A stretch of DNA of 64,000 nucleotides, taken from positions 9,114,001-9,178,000 of the forward strand of contig CM069150.1 of assembly GCA_035221665.1 (NCBI GenBank), in the 5' to 3' direction. The notes beneath the pieces were generated by a model, which worked only from the letters and a program-made list of their open reading frames with translations, made no database searches and was not told the DNA's origin. Source of the DNA: Okamejei kenojei (lineage: Eukaryota). This document shows positions 1-12,189 of this stretch, in pieces; positions within the stretch are counted from its first letter, which is position 1, and every line of letters starts with the position of its first letter. Position numbers and translations under genes: made by a program.

Positions 1-59
1 GAATCTGGTGGTAGGTACTTTCAAGCACTTCTATCTTCTTGCAATGGGAGAGGGGAAAA

Positions 60-1315
60 GGTTAGGTTTATTATTGTCACATCTACCAAGTACAGTAAAA
101 TGTTTTGCGTTGCACACCATCCATTCAGATCAGATAATACTATACACAAATGCAATGAAGCCAAACTTAAGTACAATAGTTAGAGCAAAGTGGAAGATAT
201 AGAGTGCAGAATAGAGTTTGCAGCATTGTAGTGCAACAACTGCATGGCCAAAGTCCAACGTCCGTAATGGGGTAGAGGTATAAGGGTCTAGGAAAGAATG
301 TTCAGACGCCTGATAACAGAGGGGAAGAAGACATTCTTCTCAGTCTGGTGGGGAGCGTGTTTTTAAGCTTCTGTACCTTATGCCTGATGGGAGAAGAAAG
401 AATGACCAGGTTGGGACATCTTTGATTATGTTGGATGCTTTTCCAAGGCAATGTGAAGTCTACATAGAGACAATGGTGGGGAGTCAGGTCTGTATGATAG
501 GCTACACATTACTATGGTTGGTCCACAATAGATCATTGGTAATATGAATGCCTGGAAATTTGAAGCTCTCAACCCTTTCTACTTCAGCACCATTGAAGCT
601 GATAGGGGCATGTACTCCACCACACTTCCTGAAGTCGATAACTAGCTCCTTCATCTTGCTGACATTGAGGGAGAGGTTGTTATCCTGACACCGTGTTACC
701 AAGTTCTTTATCTCCATCCTGTACTCCATCTTGTCATTGTTTGTGAATCGACCCACCACAGTAGTGTCATTTGCAAACTTGTAGAAGGAGTTAGAGCCGA
801 ATTTGGCCTCACAATTGTGTGTAGAGGGAGTGAATTGGAGAACTGAAAACACATCCTAGTGGGGAACTGGTATTATGAATTATTGTGGTGGAGTGTTGTC
901 ACCTATCCTCATTTATTGTGGTTTATGGGTCTGAAAGTTAAGGATCCAGTGGGTGAGGGAAGCGCTGTATTCCCCTGTCCAGAGTAAGTGACTGGGGTGT
1001 GAATGGTCTTGATTTTGTTGATTTCTTTCCTGAGACTACGTGAAGTATATAGAGAGCCAAGGGGGGGGGGGGGGGGGGGTGGGGTTGGAGGCAGTGGGCA
1101 TAAGCAGGGGTGGGTGGGTGGCTGGTTTGAACGATGGACTGGACTATATCCACAACACTGTCTTTTCTTGCAGTCCTGGGCAGAGTAGTTGCCAAATCAA
1201 ACTGTGATGCATTCAGATAGGTGCTTCATTAGAAGTTGATAAGAATCATTTGAGACATGCTAAATTTCCTTCCTCTTTTGAGGAAGCAGAAGCATTGGTA
1301 TTCCTTCGTGGCCGT
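60..1315 (-). mobile_element. Rex1/Babar-type LINE 3' fragment, degenerate; boundaries approximate
   Basis: ORF 502-852 reads KFANDTTVVGRFTNNDKMEYRMEIKNLVTRCQDNNLSLNVSKMKELVIDFRK, a typical Rex1/Babar RT C-terminus. Confidence 0.8.
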
Positions 1316-3710
1316 AACTTCAATGTTGCTGTCAACATCAGCATTATCATTCTCACACTGCTTCCTGTACACATTCTTATCGTCTCTGTCATCCATCGTT
1401 ATAATAAACAAAATACAAAATGGAAGTAAGATAGTTAAAATAGCACAAAGTCTAAATAAATTACAGCATAGTTCACAAAGCAGCTCTGTACTCCTACACT
1501 GTATGCACAACAGCTTTTCCTTATGTACAAGTTACAAATTTGCAATCATGTTATGAGCGTTTTAGCCCACGCATTGCAAATTGTGTTCTGTAATTCATCA
1601 ATCACTTTGTATCCAATTCACACTATGGAAACAAGTCTTGAAGGAGAACTACCTGTAAATAAACTATATGATTCCAATTCACTGTCAATTTTAGCCGTCT
1701 GAATAATTCAAAATTTTCAATTCCACAATACACAAGGGTGAAAGTTATTGGTTGTGGGCAGCAATGTGGAGTCAGTTCATAATGCTCTTATTGAACGGCA
1801 GAACAGGCTTCAAGGGTCATGTGGGTTACACCTGCTCATATTTATATGTTCTGAATACGTGATTTTCTTTTTTTTAAAAGCCCGATCTTTGGTCTAAGTT
1901 GTAATTTTTTAAATTCTATTCTTTAATGCACTACCCATTTACTTTTCCAAAATGTACATGGGATGAAGGATCATTCACTTGAATGTTAACCCGTATTTAT
2001 TTCACCACTGATCATTGGCTGTCCTGTTGAGTGTTTCGAGCACTTTGAGTTGCTCACCTATCACGTAGGCAAGTTAATATGAGACAACTCCCTCATTGTC
2101 TTTGTGGAATACTTGGTTTTTCCAAACCTATCATTCCTAGTTTGATTTTTAAGAAACCAGTTTCACACTGAATCAACTTGATTCAACCTTGTGTCACCCT
2201 GAATCAACCTTGTGTCACCCTACTTCCCAGAATATATATGAATTGAATTTTATAAAGAATAAACATGGACAATTTAATGATCTATTGTAAAATAGACTTC
2301 TTGCCTCTTACAGGAGCTATACAAAACCTACTGGGGTTCATTCAGATTTGGGGTGACAGTAGAGCACCAATATTACACCAGGCGCCTGTTATACAATTTC
2401 ACTAATTGTAAATTCCACCAAAATCTGAGGGAGATGTCAAGTTATTGCCAACCCGGGTTTATGAGGATGACTGTCTCTTGGGACCTTTGGGTTCCAACAT
2501 TGCAGGCAGGGGCCTGTTGTCAAGTCCAAGGACTTGTTTGCAACTTAGAAAATCTATTTCTGTGTAGAATGAGTGGATCAACTTTGGTGCACAGCTTGCA
2601 GTTGATCTGATGACATTTTGTTATACTTTCATCCAGAAATAAAATTTGTCCTGTTGACACTGGATATTTTGGCCACTACATAAATTATTATTTTTGCATT
2701 CTCCCCTGACAACATTAATTATGTGATGAGGTAAAAACTGGTTAGCAATGACCTTAATAAAAGTACAGAACTGCCCCAGGTTATGAACGCCTGATTTATG
2801 TTCAGGCTGTACATATTGAGTGTTTCAGAGAGCAGCAGGGTAGATTTGCCAGCTGCTATGGGGCTGCAAGCACCTTCTGCCCGGTGGGAACTCCGTCCAC
2901 AGCAATATCTGAATGGTTGAGTTCAACATCCTGCTTTAACTACAGTGTGTAGAAAGGAGCTGCAGTCACTGGTTTATACCGAAGATAGACACAAAGTGCT
3001 GGCGTAACTCAGCAGGTCAGGCAGCATCTCTGGGGTAAAAAAGTGGGTGACGTTTCGGGTCGGCACCCTTCGGGATCCCGAAACATCATCCTTTTTTATC
3101 CAGAGATGCTGAGATATGACCCGCTGAGTTATTTCAGCTCTCTGTGTCTATTTTCTGGTTTAACTACGTTGCCCTTCGTTGGTTGATATTTTATTTAAAT
3201 ATATTGCCGAGCGGCCACATTTCTGACTTGCGAATTGTTCATGTTATGAACAGTTCTCAGGAATGGAACTTAATGCTAAATACTTAATGAGATAGCAGAC
3301 TTAATGAGATAGCAGACTTAATGAAGGGTCTGAAGAGGGCTCGCGACCCGAAAAGTCACCTATCCATGTTTTCCAGAGATGCTGCCTGACCCGCTGAGTT
3401 ATTCCAGCACTCTGTGAAACGTCACCTATCCATGTTCTCCGGAGATTTGTGTCCCTTTTTTGTAAACCGGCATCCTTGTTTCTAGACTTAAGGAGATAGT
3501 AGCTTTAGAATAGAATCAGAATAGTACTTTATTTGCCAAGCATGTTTTGCAACATAAGAGGAATTTCATTTGCCAAGTCAGTCATACAAAGTCACAGTCA
3601 CCTTTGATGGCTCCTTGTTTTTGAAAAGATGGAATATCTATCACCTGTATAAAGTTACAGACTTAACCACATTGATAGGTATTCTCTTCAAACTTGATGG
3701 GCATCAGTAT

Positions 3711-4575
3711 TGGGAGGTTTCACGGCAGTCGGGTCACGACCCATGACCCATACTGTTGCTACACTACGCCAAGTGGAGTACACGCGATGAACTGCAGGTA
3801 AGCACTTACCATCGTTTCCAGCGTAACGGGCCCGTCAAAACCCGCCGAAATCGTCATTCTTTGTGCTGTAAATAATTATGGAAATTGGGATAAGCGTGAG
3901 AAACATTTAGCCTACTTCAGAATTCCAAAAGTGAGGAGAAATGATGGTAGATAGAGAAGCGAGAGCTGAAGGGACAACAACAGCCAGAGTGCTTGGCGAA
4001 CATTGGCCTTTTGCTCACTGCATTTCATCAACTAAGGCATTATTTGTGTTTTTTCCTGATTCCTTTGGCATCTAAAAAGTTTCAGAAATGATAAATCTGG
4101 CTGTAAAATTTTAAAATAGCCCATGGTTTTTACATACAAAAAGAAAACGCCTCTGAAGCAAAATTTACAGCCAGATTTATCACTTCTGAGACTTTTTAGA
4201 AACCAAAGGAATCAAGAAAAACCACAAATAATGCCTTACTGTTGATGAAATGCAGTGAGCAAACGCTAGAATTCCCAATATTTTTAATTCGCCATGCACT
4301 TTAGTTGTGGTTGTCCGTTCAGCTCTCGCTTCTCTTTACCTTCATTTCGCTTCACTTTTGGAATTCTGAAGTTGGGCACATCTCTCATACTTACCCCGAC
4401 TTCCACAATTTTTTACAGCGCAGATATTCAACATTTTGGTGTTTTTTAACAGGTAGGAAAGTACACGTTTCTTGCATTAATAACATATACCGGAAGTTAC
4501 GGATGTCCTCCAGATGGATTGAGCGGCTCCGTGCGTCAAGCCCTATGACCCAGTGACCTTATGTGCAACCCCCTA
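3711..4575. mobile_element. Non-autonomous foldback DNA transposon with a THAP-domain remnant in each arm
   Basis: Long inverted repeat (~3860-4110 vs ~4160-4420); both arms read CAV-x-N...FRIPKV...CSLHF; imperfect termini tgggaggtttcac / gtgcaaccccct. Confidence 0.75.
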
Positions 4576-5242
4576 ACTCCCACTTGTGTTTCTCCATGGT
4601 GTTTCCCAAGGTTCCATTTACCACTTCCTTTGTATTCTACATTGTTATTCTCTTCAAACATCTTTTGGGAATAATTCCCAAATTTTATCTTTTCGTGTGA
4701 ATTTCACGATTGAGTTTCACGGGCGCAGCAGTAGACTTGCTGCCTGCCTTACAGCGGAAGCCGACTACAGGTGCTGTCTGTGCGTCTGATGGGTCTGGGA
4801 AAAACTAGGTTGGAGGCTGTGGAGGGAACATTCTCAGAAGGGATGAGATCTGTGATGGTTTGGGAGGTAGTGGCCTGGTGTTTGTGCCAGGATCATGGTC
4901 AAGGGGAAGTTATGAGGAGGTGTACGAGAGCTGATGCCAGGCCTTGGCACAGTAGAGTTCTGTCAGCCACATTACAACAGCACCACCCTTGTCCGTTCCC
5001 TTCATATATGCTGCCTGCTCGCGGACTTCCTCCGGGACTTTGTTTTTTACTCAAGATTCCACCATTTACAGTATCTTTTGTCTCCACATTCAGAACTACT
5101 GTTGTTTGCTATCTGGGGCTACATGATTATGATCACAGCACGTTGTTGATTGATCATAGCCCTGAGAACTCTGCACCCACCACCCACGCAAGATTTTGCA
5201 GCATTTTCTTTGTATTTAAAATCTTCAACATCCACAGTATTT

Positions 5243-5340
5243 TTGGTGGCATAGCAGTGGAGCTACGGCCTTACAGCGCCAGAGGCTCGGGTTTGATCCT
5301 GACTACGGGTGCTGTCTGTACGGAGTTTTACGTTCACCGT
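5243..5340 (+). mobile_element. HE1-type tRNA-derived SINE head
   Basis: A-box-like tggcatagcagtgg and B-box-like ggtttgatcc followed by gactacgggtgctgtctgtacggagttt, as in the copy at 28074. Confidence 0.7.
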
Positions 5341-5342
5341 AC

Positions 5343-5891
5343 AAAGGTAATGCTACGGTGGGTTAGGGGAGATTTCAACATGCAGGTAGACTGGGAAAAT
5401 CAGGTTGGTACTGGACCCCAAGAAAGGGAGTTTGTGGAGTGCCTCCGTGATGGATTCTTAGAGCAGCTTGTACTGGAGCCTACCAGGGAGAAAGTAATTC
5501 TGGATTTGGTATTGAAGAGGAAAATTGAGTTAAGACAAATGTGCGTCCCTTGAAGACAGAAACAGGTGAATTTATTATGGGAAACAAGGAAATGGCAGAC
5601 GAGTTAAACAGGTATTTTGGATCTGTCTTCAACAAGGAAGACACAAACAATCTCCCAGATGTACTAGTGGCCAAAGGACCTAGGGTGATGGAGGAACTGA
5701 AGGAAATTCACATTAGGCAGGATGATGTTGGATAGACTGAGGGGCTGAAGGCTGATAAATCCCCAGGGCCTGATGATCTGCTTCCCAGGGTACTTAAGGA
5801 GGTGGTTCTAGAAATCATGGACGCATTAGTAATCATTTTCCAATGTTCTGTAGATTCAGGATCAGTTCCTGTGAATTGGAGGGTAGCTAAT
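5343..5891 (+). mobile_element. CR1 LINE ORF2 fragment, left half, interrupted by the DIRS element
   Basis: GDFNMQVDW...FLEQLVLEPTREKVILDLV (endonuclease) and KEMADELNRYFGSVF; ends ...tggagggtagctaat. Confidence 0.9.
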
Positions 5892-6189
5892 TTTACTTAG
5901 GAGTGATTCCGTGAAGAAGGCCCGCCAGGACGCCTGCGCAGCATTACGTCAGTCGCATTGGCGCAAGCACCTGTCAGGCAGGACTGAGCTCCTGCCTGTG
6001 GTAAGTTAAACTTAAAGGTAAGTTTATTTTTACTTACCAGGGGTTTTAGGCAGGAGCCTCTTTTTACAGAGGTTTTCTGCCAGTTTTGCAGCCCGACAAC
6101 TTGCCGGTTATGGACTGTGGTGAAATTTCAGACCGACCGCAAATGCGGAAAAACCAGCAAAATTGATCGGGTTGCGAGTTAGTTAGTTA

Positions 6190-6422
6190 GTGCAGTTAGC
6201 GGCTCCCCAGCTGCAGTAATGCCATAAAAACGGCAAGAAATTTAATCAGAGTCGCTGACAGAGGGGTCAGTGGCTCCGCAACCTGCAGGGATGCCGTGGG
6301 AACGGCAAGGAATATTAAACTGAGTCGCTGACAGAGCGGTCAGCAGCTCCAAGCCTGTGGTATGCCGTTGGAACGGCAAAGAAGCAACGCTGCAGCCGCT
6401 GACAGTGGGGTCAGTGGCTCAC
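6190..6422 (+). repeat. ~72-bp tandem repeat, about 3 copies, inside the DIRS element
   Basis: gagtcgctgac/cagccgctgac recurs at 6249, 6322 and 6393 with tgcc...acggca between. Confidence 0.85.
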
Positions 6423-6683
6423 AGACGTTGGTCCCCAGTCAAAAAATTACTGGGACTCATTCAGCCCTCGGGTGAGTTGGGATATAAGGGTTCTCCTTAC
6501 AATTAAAAGTATGTATTTTATAGTGTTTTTTCTTTAAGTAAAAAAACTTAAGGCAAAGAAAAAGTTATTGTTATATGATATTGTTCTGACAATGTTATTA
6601 TTGTTTAGCACGTAGCGTGTGCCTATGCACAGGTAAAGCTGTACACTAAATGTTGATTTAGTGAGCTTACACAGCAATAGCGC

Positions 6684-7090
6684 GGCCTATGGGACAGGCT
6701 GCGCCAGCAGCGCCTGACAGGGCTGCTTCATGTGCAAAATGTGCGGGCCTATGGGACAGGCCGCGCCAGCAGCACCTGACAGGACTGCTTCATGTGTAAA
6801 ATGTGCGGGCCTATGGGACAGGCCGCGCCAGCAGTGCCGGACAGGGCTGCTTCATATATAAAAGTGCCGGCCTACGGGAGAGGTGTGCCAGCAGCGCCTG
6901 ATTCAGGGCTGCTTCATTTGTGACATTACCGGCCTATGGGAGAGCCGTATCAACAGCGTGTGACAGGGCTGCTTCAAGTGCTGGCTTACGGGAGAGCCGT
7001 GCCAACAGCGCCTGATGCAGGGCTGTTCATGACAAAAGCGCCGGCCTTTATGAACGGCGGCGCCAGCAACGCCTGGCAGAGGGTTGCTTA
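6684..7090 (+). repeat. ~62-bp tandem repeat, about 7 copies, inside the DIRS element
   Basis: Unit ggcctatgggacaggccgcgccagcagcgcctgacagggctgcttcatgtgcaaaatgtgcg starts at 6684, 6746, 6808 and diverges progressively. Confidence 0.92.
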
Positions 7091-9699
7091 AATTCACACA
7101 TATCTGCTCGCCCACGGAGTCGGGAGATGATTCTCCACCGGGGTTAGAGAGCAAGGCCTACGGAGTCGGGGGATGAATTCCTCACCATGGCTGGATAGTG
7201 CATTGAAACAACTATCCTTATACAGCAACTGTTGTATACAGTGCTGCAAAGGTCTCCCTCTCGGAGGCAGAGACCAAGATGGGTCAGTATCCCGCTGACA
7301 CTGAGACTCAGGGTATGGCCGTGGGGCAGACCCAAAGGGATGAAGGGCACGTGTCAGAGGTCGCTTTCCTGACAATTAAGTTGCCATCCCAGTAAAATAT
7401 TCTATTGGGGTAAGGCCAATGGGTTCATATCAGTATTTGTATCCTACGAATCACTCTTAGAAAGGAAGAGCAAAAGGTCAAGATGACTCCGGGCTCTTAA
7501 GATGTCAATAGAACAGACTCAAGTACATATGTGCCGGCAGTGAACAACGCCAACAGGGGGATGTGAGAGTCAGCCGCTGAATCGGTTATTCAGGTAGGTC
7601 TATTCTACAGGGGAAGAAGCCTGGCAGATGAATTAATTCGGCCATCAACGGGCAAAAGTCATCATTCAGAAACACACCCCAGGTGCTCATCGGCAGTAGC
7701 GGTTCACTGGAGCTGGGGGCAGCATGATACAGCTCAGAAATTCCTTGCACCTTCCGATCATGCTCAACTAAATGGGTCTAGCACTTCCAAAATTTGGGTA
7801 GTGCACCGTTCACAAGTTGTAATAATTACATTTGTTTGTTCAACACGCAAGGGGTAAAATATTTGGTTGAGGCACAGCCGTAGCATTCCAAGTAAGTTGG
7901 ATTATGGCCAGGGTTTGGAAATTGGGCAGAAGTTCTCATGCAAACCACCCATGCAAAAGGCAGGATTGGCATGTTATTATGAAGAACGATGAGTATCTGG
8001 CATATGAGCTTCTGTATGTAAAACATTTACTCCTGACTTCCACAGGTTCATAAGGTAAGAGATTCATGTTATACAAATCCCATTACAAAGGTTATCAAAT
8101 ACAATATAACTGTACTATAACAGTGGGCTCTGCAGTATGGGATAGACTGTTGTTGGTCATTGAGATTTACCTGTAATTATTATTATCCTTGTCTCCACCT
8201 TGTGGCAAGAGATTGGGGTTATAGCAATCTGTTACAAAACTGATTAAAGTAATTGGCAATATAGCAGCTGTGTTGCAGCTGAGCTAATCAAGGAACTGAT
8301 ATTGTGTAAGTAGCAATTAGATCGTTGCTAACAACCTTGCGCTATTGTCAGCTGAGGCTACTTCAGCCACAATGATGAAGTAACAGTATTCAGCATTGCT
8401 GAACATGACCGTACTCATTGAACTTGAACTTGAAACCTGCTACAGTAGTGTGGTCGGTTGAATTCAGTTGTTATGAACTGATGTTCGAACTCTAAGATGA
8501 GAAGTTCGAAATACCATCACCTACTCAAAGGTAGTGGAGATTGCATGAGCACCAATTCTTCAGTTGTTGGTATCAACTAAATGTATACACTTAATGCACC
8601 GTTGAGTAAGGTTTTGAGTGAATATACATATTCTTCATGCACAAAGTTAAGTTGCTGCTCTATAATTGTGACATATGTTACTCTCATGGTAATTAGGAAG
8701 AATATCCTGTAATTGATCTCCTTGCCACTGGTGTATCGTCCAGTTTAGATTGATGATAACACAGAATAAATGTTGGATCTCAGAGCATGATTCAATACTT
8801 TATCAAATGTTTGTCATGTTTATGCATGTTCACTGTTTGCAAAAATATGTGACACAACAGTGTGGAGAAATATATTCTTGTTTCAATAGAAGGAATGGAC
8901 TTTATGTCTTCCTCATTAGCTGGGTCTTAAAACAGTCAGCAAGACCTCGTTTGGATTCGTACTATCGGACTGGCCAAGCGTCCATGTTACCTGCTTCATC
9001 AGGCATTATGGCACAATGGTATTCAGTTATGCCAAAAAGCAAGAACTTGCTGTTTTAAACTGTGGTTCAGGAGACTGGTCTTTGCACAGTAAAATGATTA
9101 TTGACTTACACATTTTCAATGGATTAATTTATGCCTCATGTTGTCACATTTAGCCATGAGGGTGTTCACTGCAGTATGCATGGATAGCATCCAAAAAAAC
9201 AGTACATCCCTATTGAGGGGATCAGAAATGTTGTTAAATATTATGATACATTTGATACGATACAAATTACTGACATTTCCAGTTAATTTTAAGTGATATT
9301 GACAATAGTTCAATTATAGAGAAATTACAGCTGTAACATAAGGGAACTACATTGTTGGGTCCAACCCGGATATCAAGCTGTTAAAAAGATCTTGATACAA
9401 GTATTCGCATCACAAGATTATGCAGTTGGTTATTGTAAATGTGTAAACATTATTTCACCAAGGGGTTCCAGCTACATCCTTAGTCATGACTCTAATATCA
9501 GCACAACGACGGCAAAACATTGCGAATGCTGTGGCTGGGCAGGATGGAATTGGCTGTTCATGCCATTACATATTCATTCTGGTCTACACTAGCAGAGCTG
9601 ACCAGGGCTGGCATGGTTTTAAGATCATTTGAATACCCCACTGTCTCAATTTTATGTTATCAAGGCCACCAGAATCCTTAGAAGTATGGATTCAGCACT

Positions 9700-9990
9700 G
9701 TGTATTCGTTAATAAACAATTACACAAGAAAAGGTCAGTTCAGACTATTTCAAGGTGGCTGCAATAGGTATTAACATTGACAATTGTATGTCTCATTCCA
9801 CCAGGTCAGCATCAACGTCAGTTTATCATTTAGAGAGTGTGTTTACATCTCATTATACTAGGGCAGCATCTATGTTGGTGGTCAAATGGAGGTATGTGTC
9901 CTTCGACCAAATTTTAGTGGCCGTCGGATGGGCAAATGAGCTGATGTTTCAGAAATGTATCATCGGCCAATTGTCAATCCAGGGCTGTTT
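9700..9990 (+). pseudogene. DIRS tyrosine recombinase C-terminal remnant
   Basis: QTISRWLQ*VL, SHSTRSASTS, SHYTRAAS, DQILVAVGWANELMFQK match the HSTR...GW...F-x-x-x-Y pattern; stops and frameshifts present. Confidence 0.75.
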
Positions 9991-10504
9991 GCCAATGTCA
10001 TTTTAAGTACCTAAATTTTAGGGGTACTGTTGTTTGTTTACATTGTTAAATAAACCCTATCGTTACATTGAATATAATGTTATTACTAATGCATTTATTT
10101 CTCTTTCGAGTCAATCAAATGCAGTGGGATGCCGAGATTGTAATCTGCGGCATGAAATCACAAAGCTTTGAACTCTTCACGGAATCACTCACGTGACTCC
10201 GAAGTAAAATAGTAAGATTAAACGAGAAATTACCAGTTTGAAGTTTGATCTTGATTTTATGAGGAGTTACGTTGGTGATTACGTGCCCACCACGCCCAAC
10301 CCTCTCTCATAAAAGATCATCTGGTAGTTCTCGAGTCACTGATCTTACTGTTTACTTCGGTGTTGTTTATTTGTGATTTCATACCGCTGCTTTGAAGTTT
10401 GCTGCGCAGGCGTCCTGGCGGGCCTTCTTCACGTAATCACCAACGTAACTCCTCATAAAATCAATATCAAACTTCAAACTGGTCAGTTCTCATTCAATCT
10501 TAGT

Positions 10505-11897
10505 ATGTTATCCCACTTTTTAAGAAAGGATGGAGAGAGAAAACAGGGAATTATAGACCAGTTAGTCTGACATTGGGGAAGATGCTGGAGTCAATTATAA
10601 AAGATGAAATAGCAGCACATTTGCATAGCAGTAACAGGATTGGTCCGAGTCAGCATGGATTTACGAAAGGGAAATCATGCTTGACTAATCTTCTGGAATT
10701 TTTTGAGGATGTAACGAGGAAAATGGACAAGGGAGAGCCAGTGGATGTAGTGTACCTGGTCTTTCAGAAAGCCTTTGATAAGGTCCCACATAGGAGATTA
10801 GTGGGCAAAATTAGAGCACATGGTATTGGGTGTAGGGTACTGACATGGTTAGAAAATTGGTTGGCAGACAGGAAACAAAGAGTAGGGATTAACAAGTCCC
10901 TTTCTGAATGGCAGGCAGTGACTAGTGGGGTACCATAAGGCTCGGTGCTGGGACCGCAGCTACTTACAATATACATTAATGATTTTGATGAAGGGATTAA
11001 AAGTAACATCAGCAAATTTGCAGATAACACAAAGTGGGTGACAGTGTGAACTGTGAGGATTCTGAGGATGCAGGGTGACTTGGACAGGTAGGTTGAGTGT
11101 GCAGATGCATGGCAGAAGCAGTCTATGTGGATAAATGTGAGGTTATCCACTTTGGTGCCAACAACAGGAAGGCAAATTATTTGTCTGAATGGTGTCAAGC
11201 TAGGAAAAGGGGAAGTACGAGATCTGGGTGTCCTTGTCCATCAGTCACTGAAAGTAAGCATGCAGGTACTGCAGGTAGTGAAGAAAGCTAATAGCATGTT
11301 GGCCTTCATAACAAGAGGAGTTAAGTATAGGAGCAAAGAGGTCCTTCTGCAGTTGTACGGGGCCCTGGTGAGGCTGCACCTGGAGTATTGTGTGCAGTTT
11401 TGATCTCCAATTTGAAGGACATTCTTGCTATTGCGGGAGTGCAGTGTAGAATCACAAGATTAATTCCCAGGATGGCGGGACTAAGATATGTTGAAAGAAT
11501 GGAGCAACTGGTCTTGTATACACTGGAGTTTAGAAGGATGAGAGTGGATCTTATTGAAACATATAACATGAAACATAGAGGCAGGAAACATGTTCCCGAT
11601 CTTGGGGGAGTCCAGAACCAGGGACCTCAGTTTAAGAATAAGGGGTAGGCCATTTAGAACGGAGATGAGGAAAAACTTTTTCACCCAGAGTTGTGAACCT
11701 GTGGAATTCTCTGCCTCAGAAGAAAGCAGTGCCGATTCTCTGGATGCTTTCAAGAGAGAGTTAGATAGAGCTCGTAAAGATAGCGGAGTCAAGGGATATG
11801 GGGAGAAGGCAGGAACGGGGTACTGATTGTGGATGGCCAGCCATGATCACAGTGAATGGCAGTGCTGGCTCGAAGGGCCCAATGGCCTACTCCTGCA
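10505..11897 (+). mobile_element. CR1 LINE RT and 3' end, right half after the DIRS insertion
   Basis: QHGFTKGKSCLTNLLEFFEDVT...FQKAFDKVPH...VTSGVP; RLHLEYCVQF; CR1 3' UTR. Confidence 0.95.
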
Positions 11898-12189
11898 CCC
11901 ATCGCCAATTAGACACACAGATCCCTCCAAAAAGTATATTGTCTAAATGGTCGGAGACTGTACTAATGTATGATTCACAAAAAGCTAGTTTGCAAATAGA
12001 ACAAGTAAGAAAGCTGATAGAATTGTATTATTTATTGCTCAGCAGACTAAAAACAAAAGTAGAAAGGTTAAGAAGTCATATGATAGATTTGTGAGTCAAC
12101 AAATGGAGTAGCATGTATAGTACTGGTAGCAGTCCTGCTTGAGGAACTACATTGGACACAGTTCAGAGAATGCTTAGTCGACCAATACC

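Larger units (their letters stand above)
5892..10504 (+). mobile_element. DIRS1-like tyrosine-recombinase retrotransposon with decayed coding regions
   Basis: 41-bp inverted repeats 5903-5943 / 10400-10440; ICR 10174-10285 complementary to both ends; YR remnants QTISRWL, HSTRSASTS, ILVAVGW; MT-like remnants PVIDLLAT, LYVFLISWVLK, DWP. Confidence 0.9.

Noticed and set aside
1229-1510. Minus-strand MDDRDDKNVYRKQCENDNADVDSNIEV as a possible exon of a neighbouring gene
   Set aside because: No AG acceptor at the pyrimidine tract, it runs into LINE sequence, and I recognise no homologue
4771-5553. 260-aa ORF as a novel gene
   Set aside because: Chance read-through across Penelope-like, SINE and CR1 fragments
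6684-7090. CRISPR-like array (repeats with variable linkers)
   Set aside because: The linkers are short and homologous to each other rather than unique spacers; there are no cas genes, and the array lies inside a eukaryotic DIRS element
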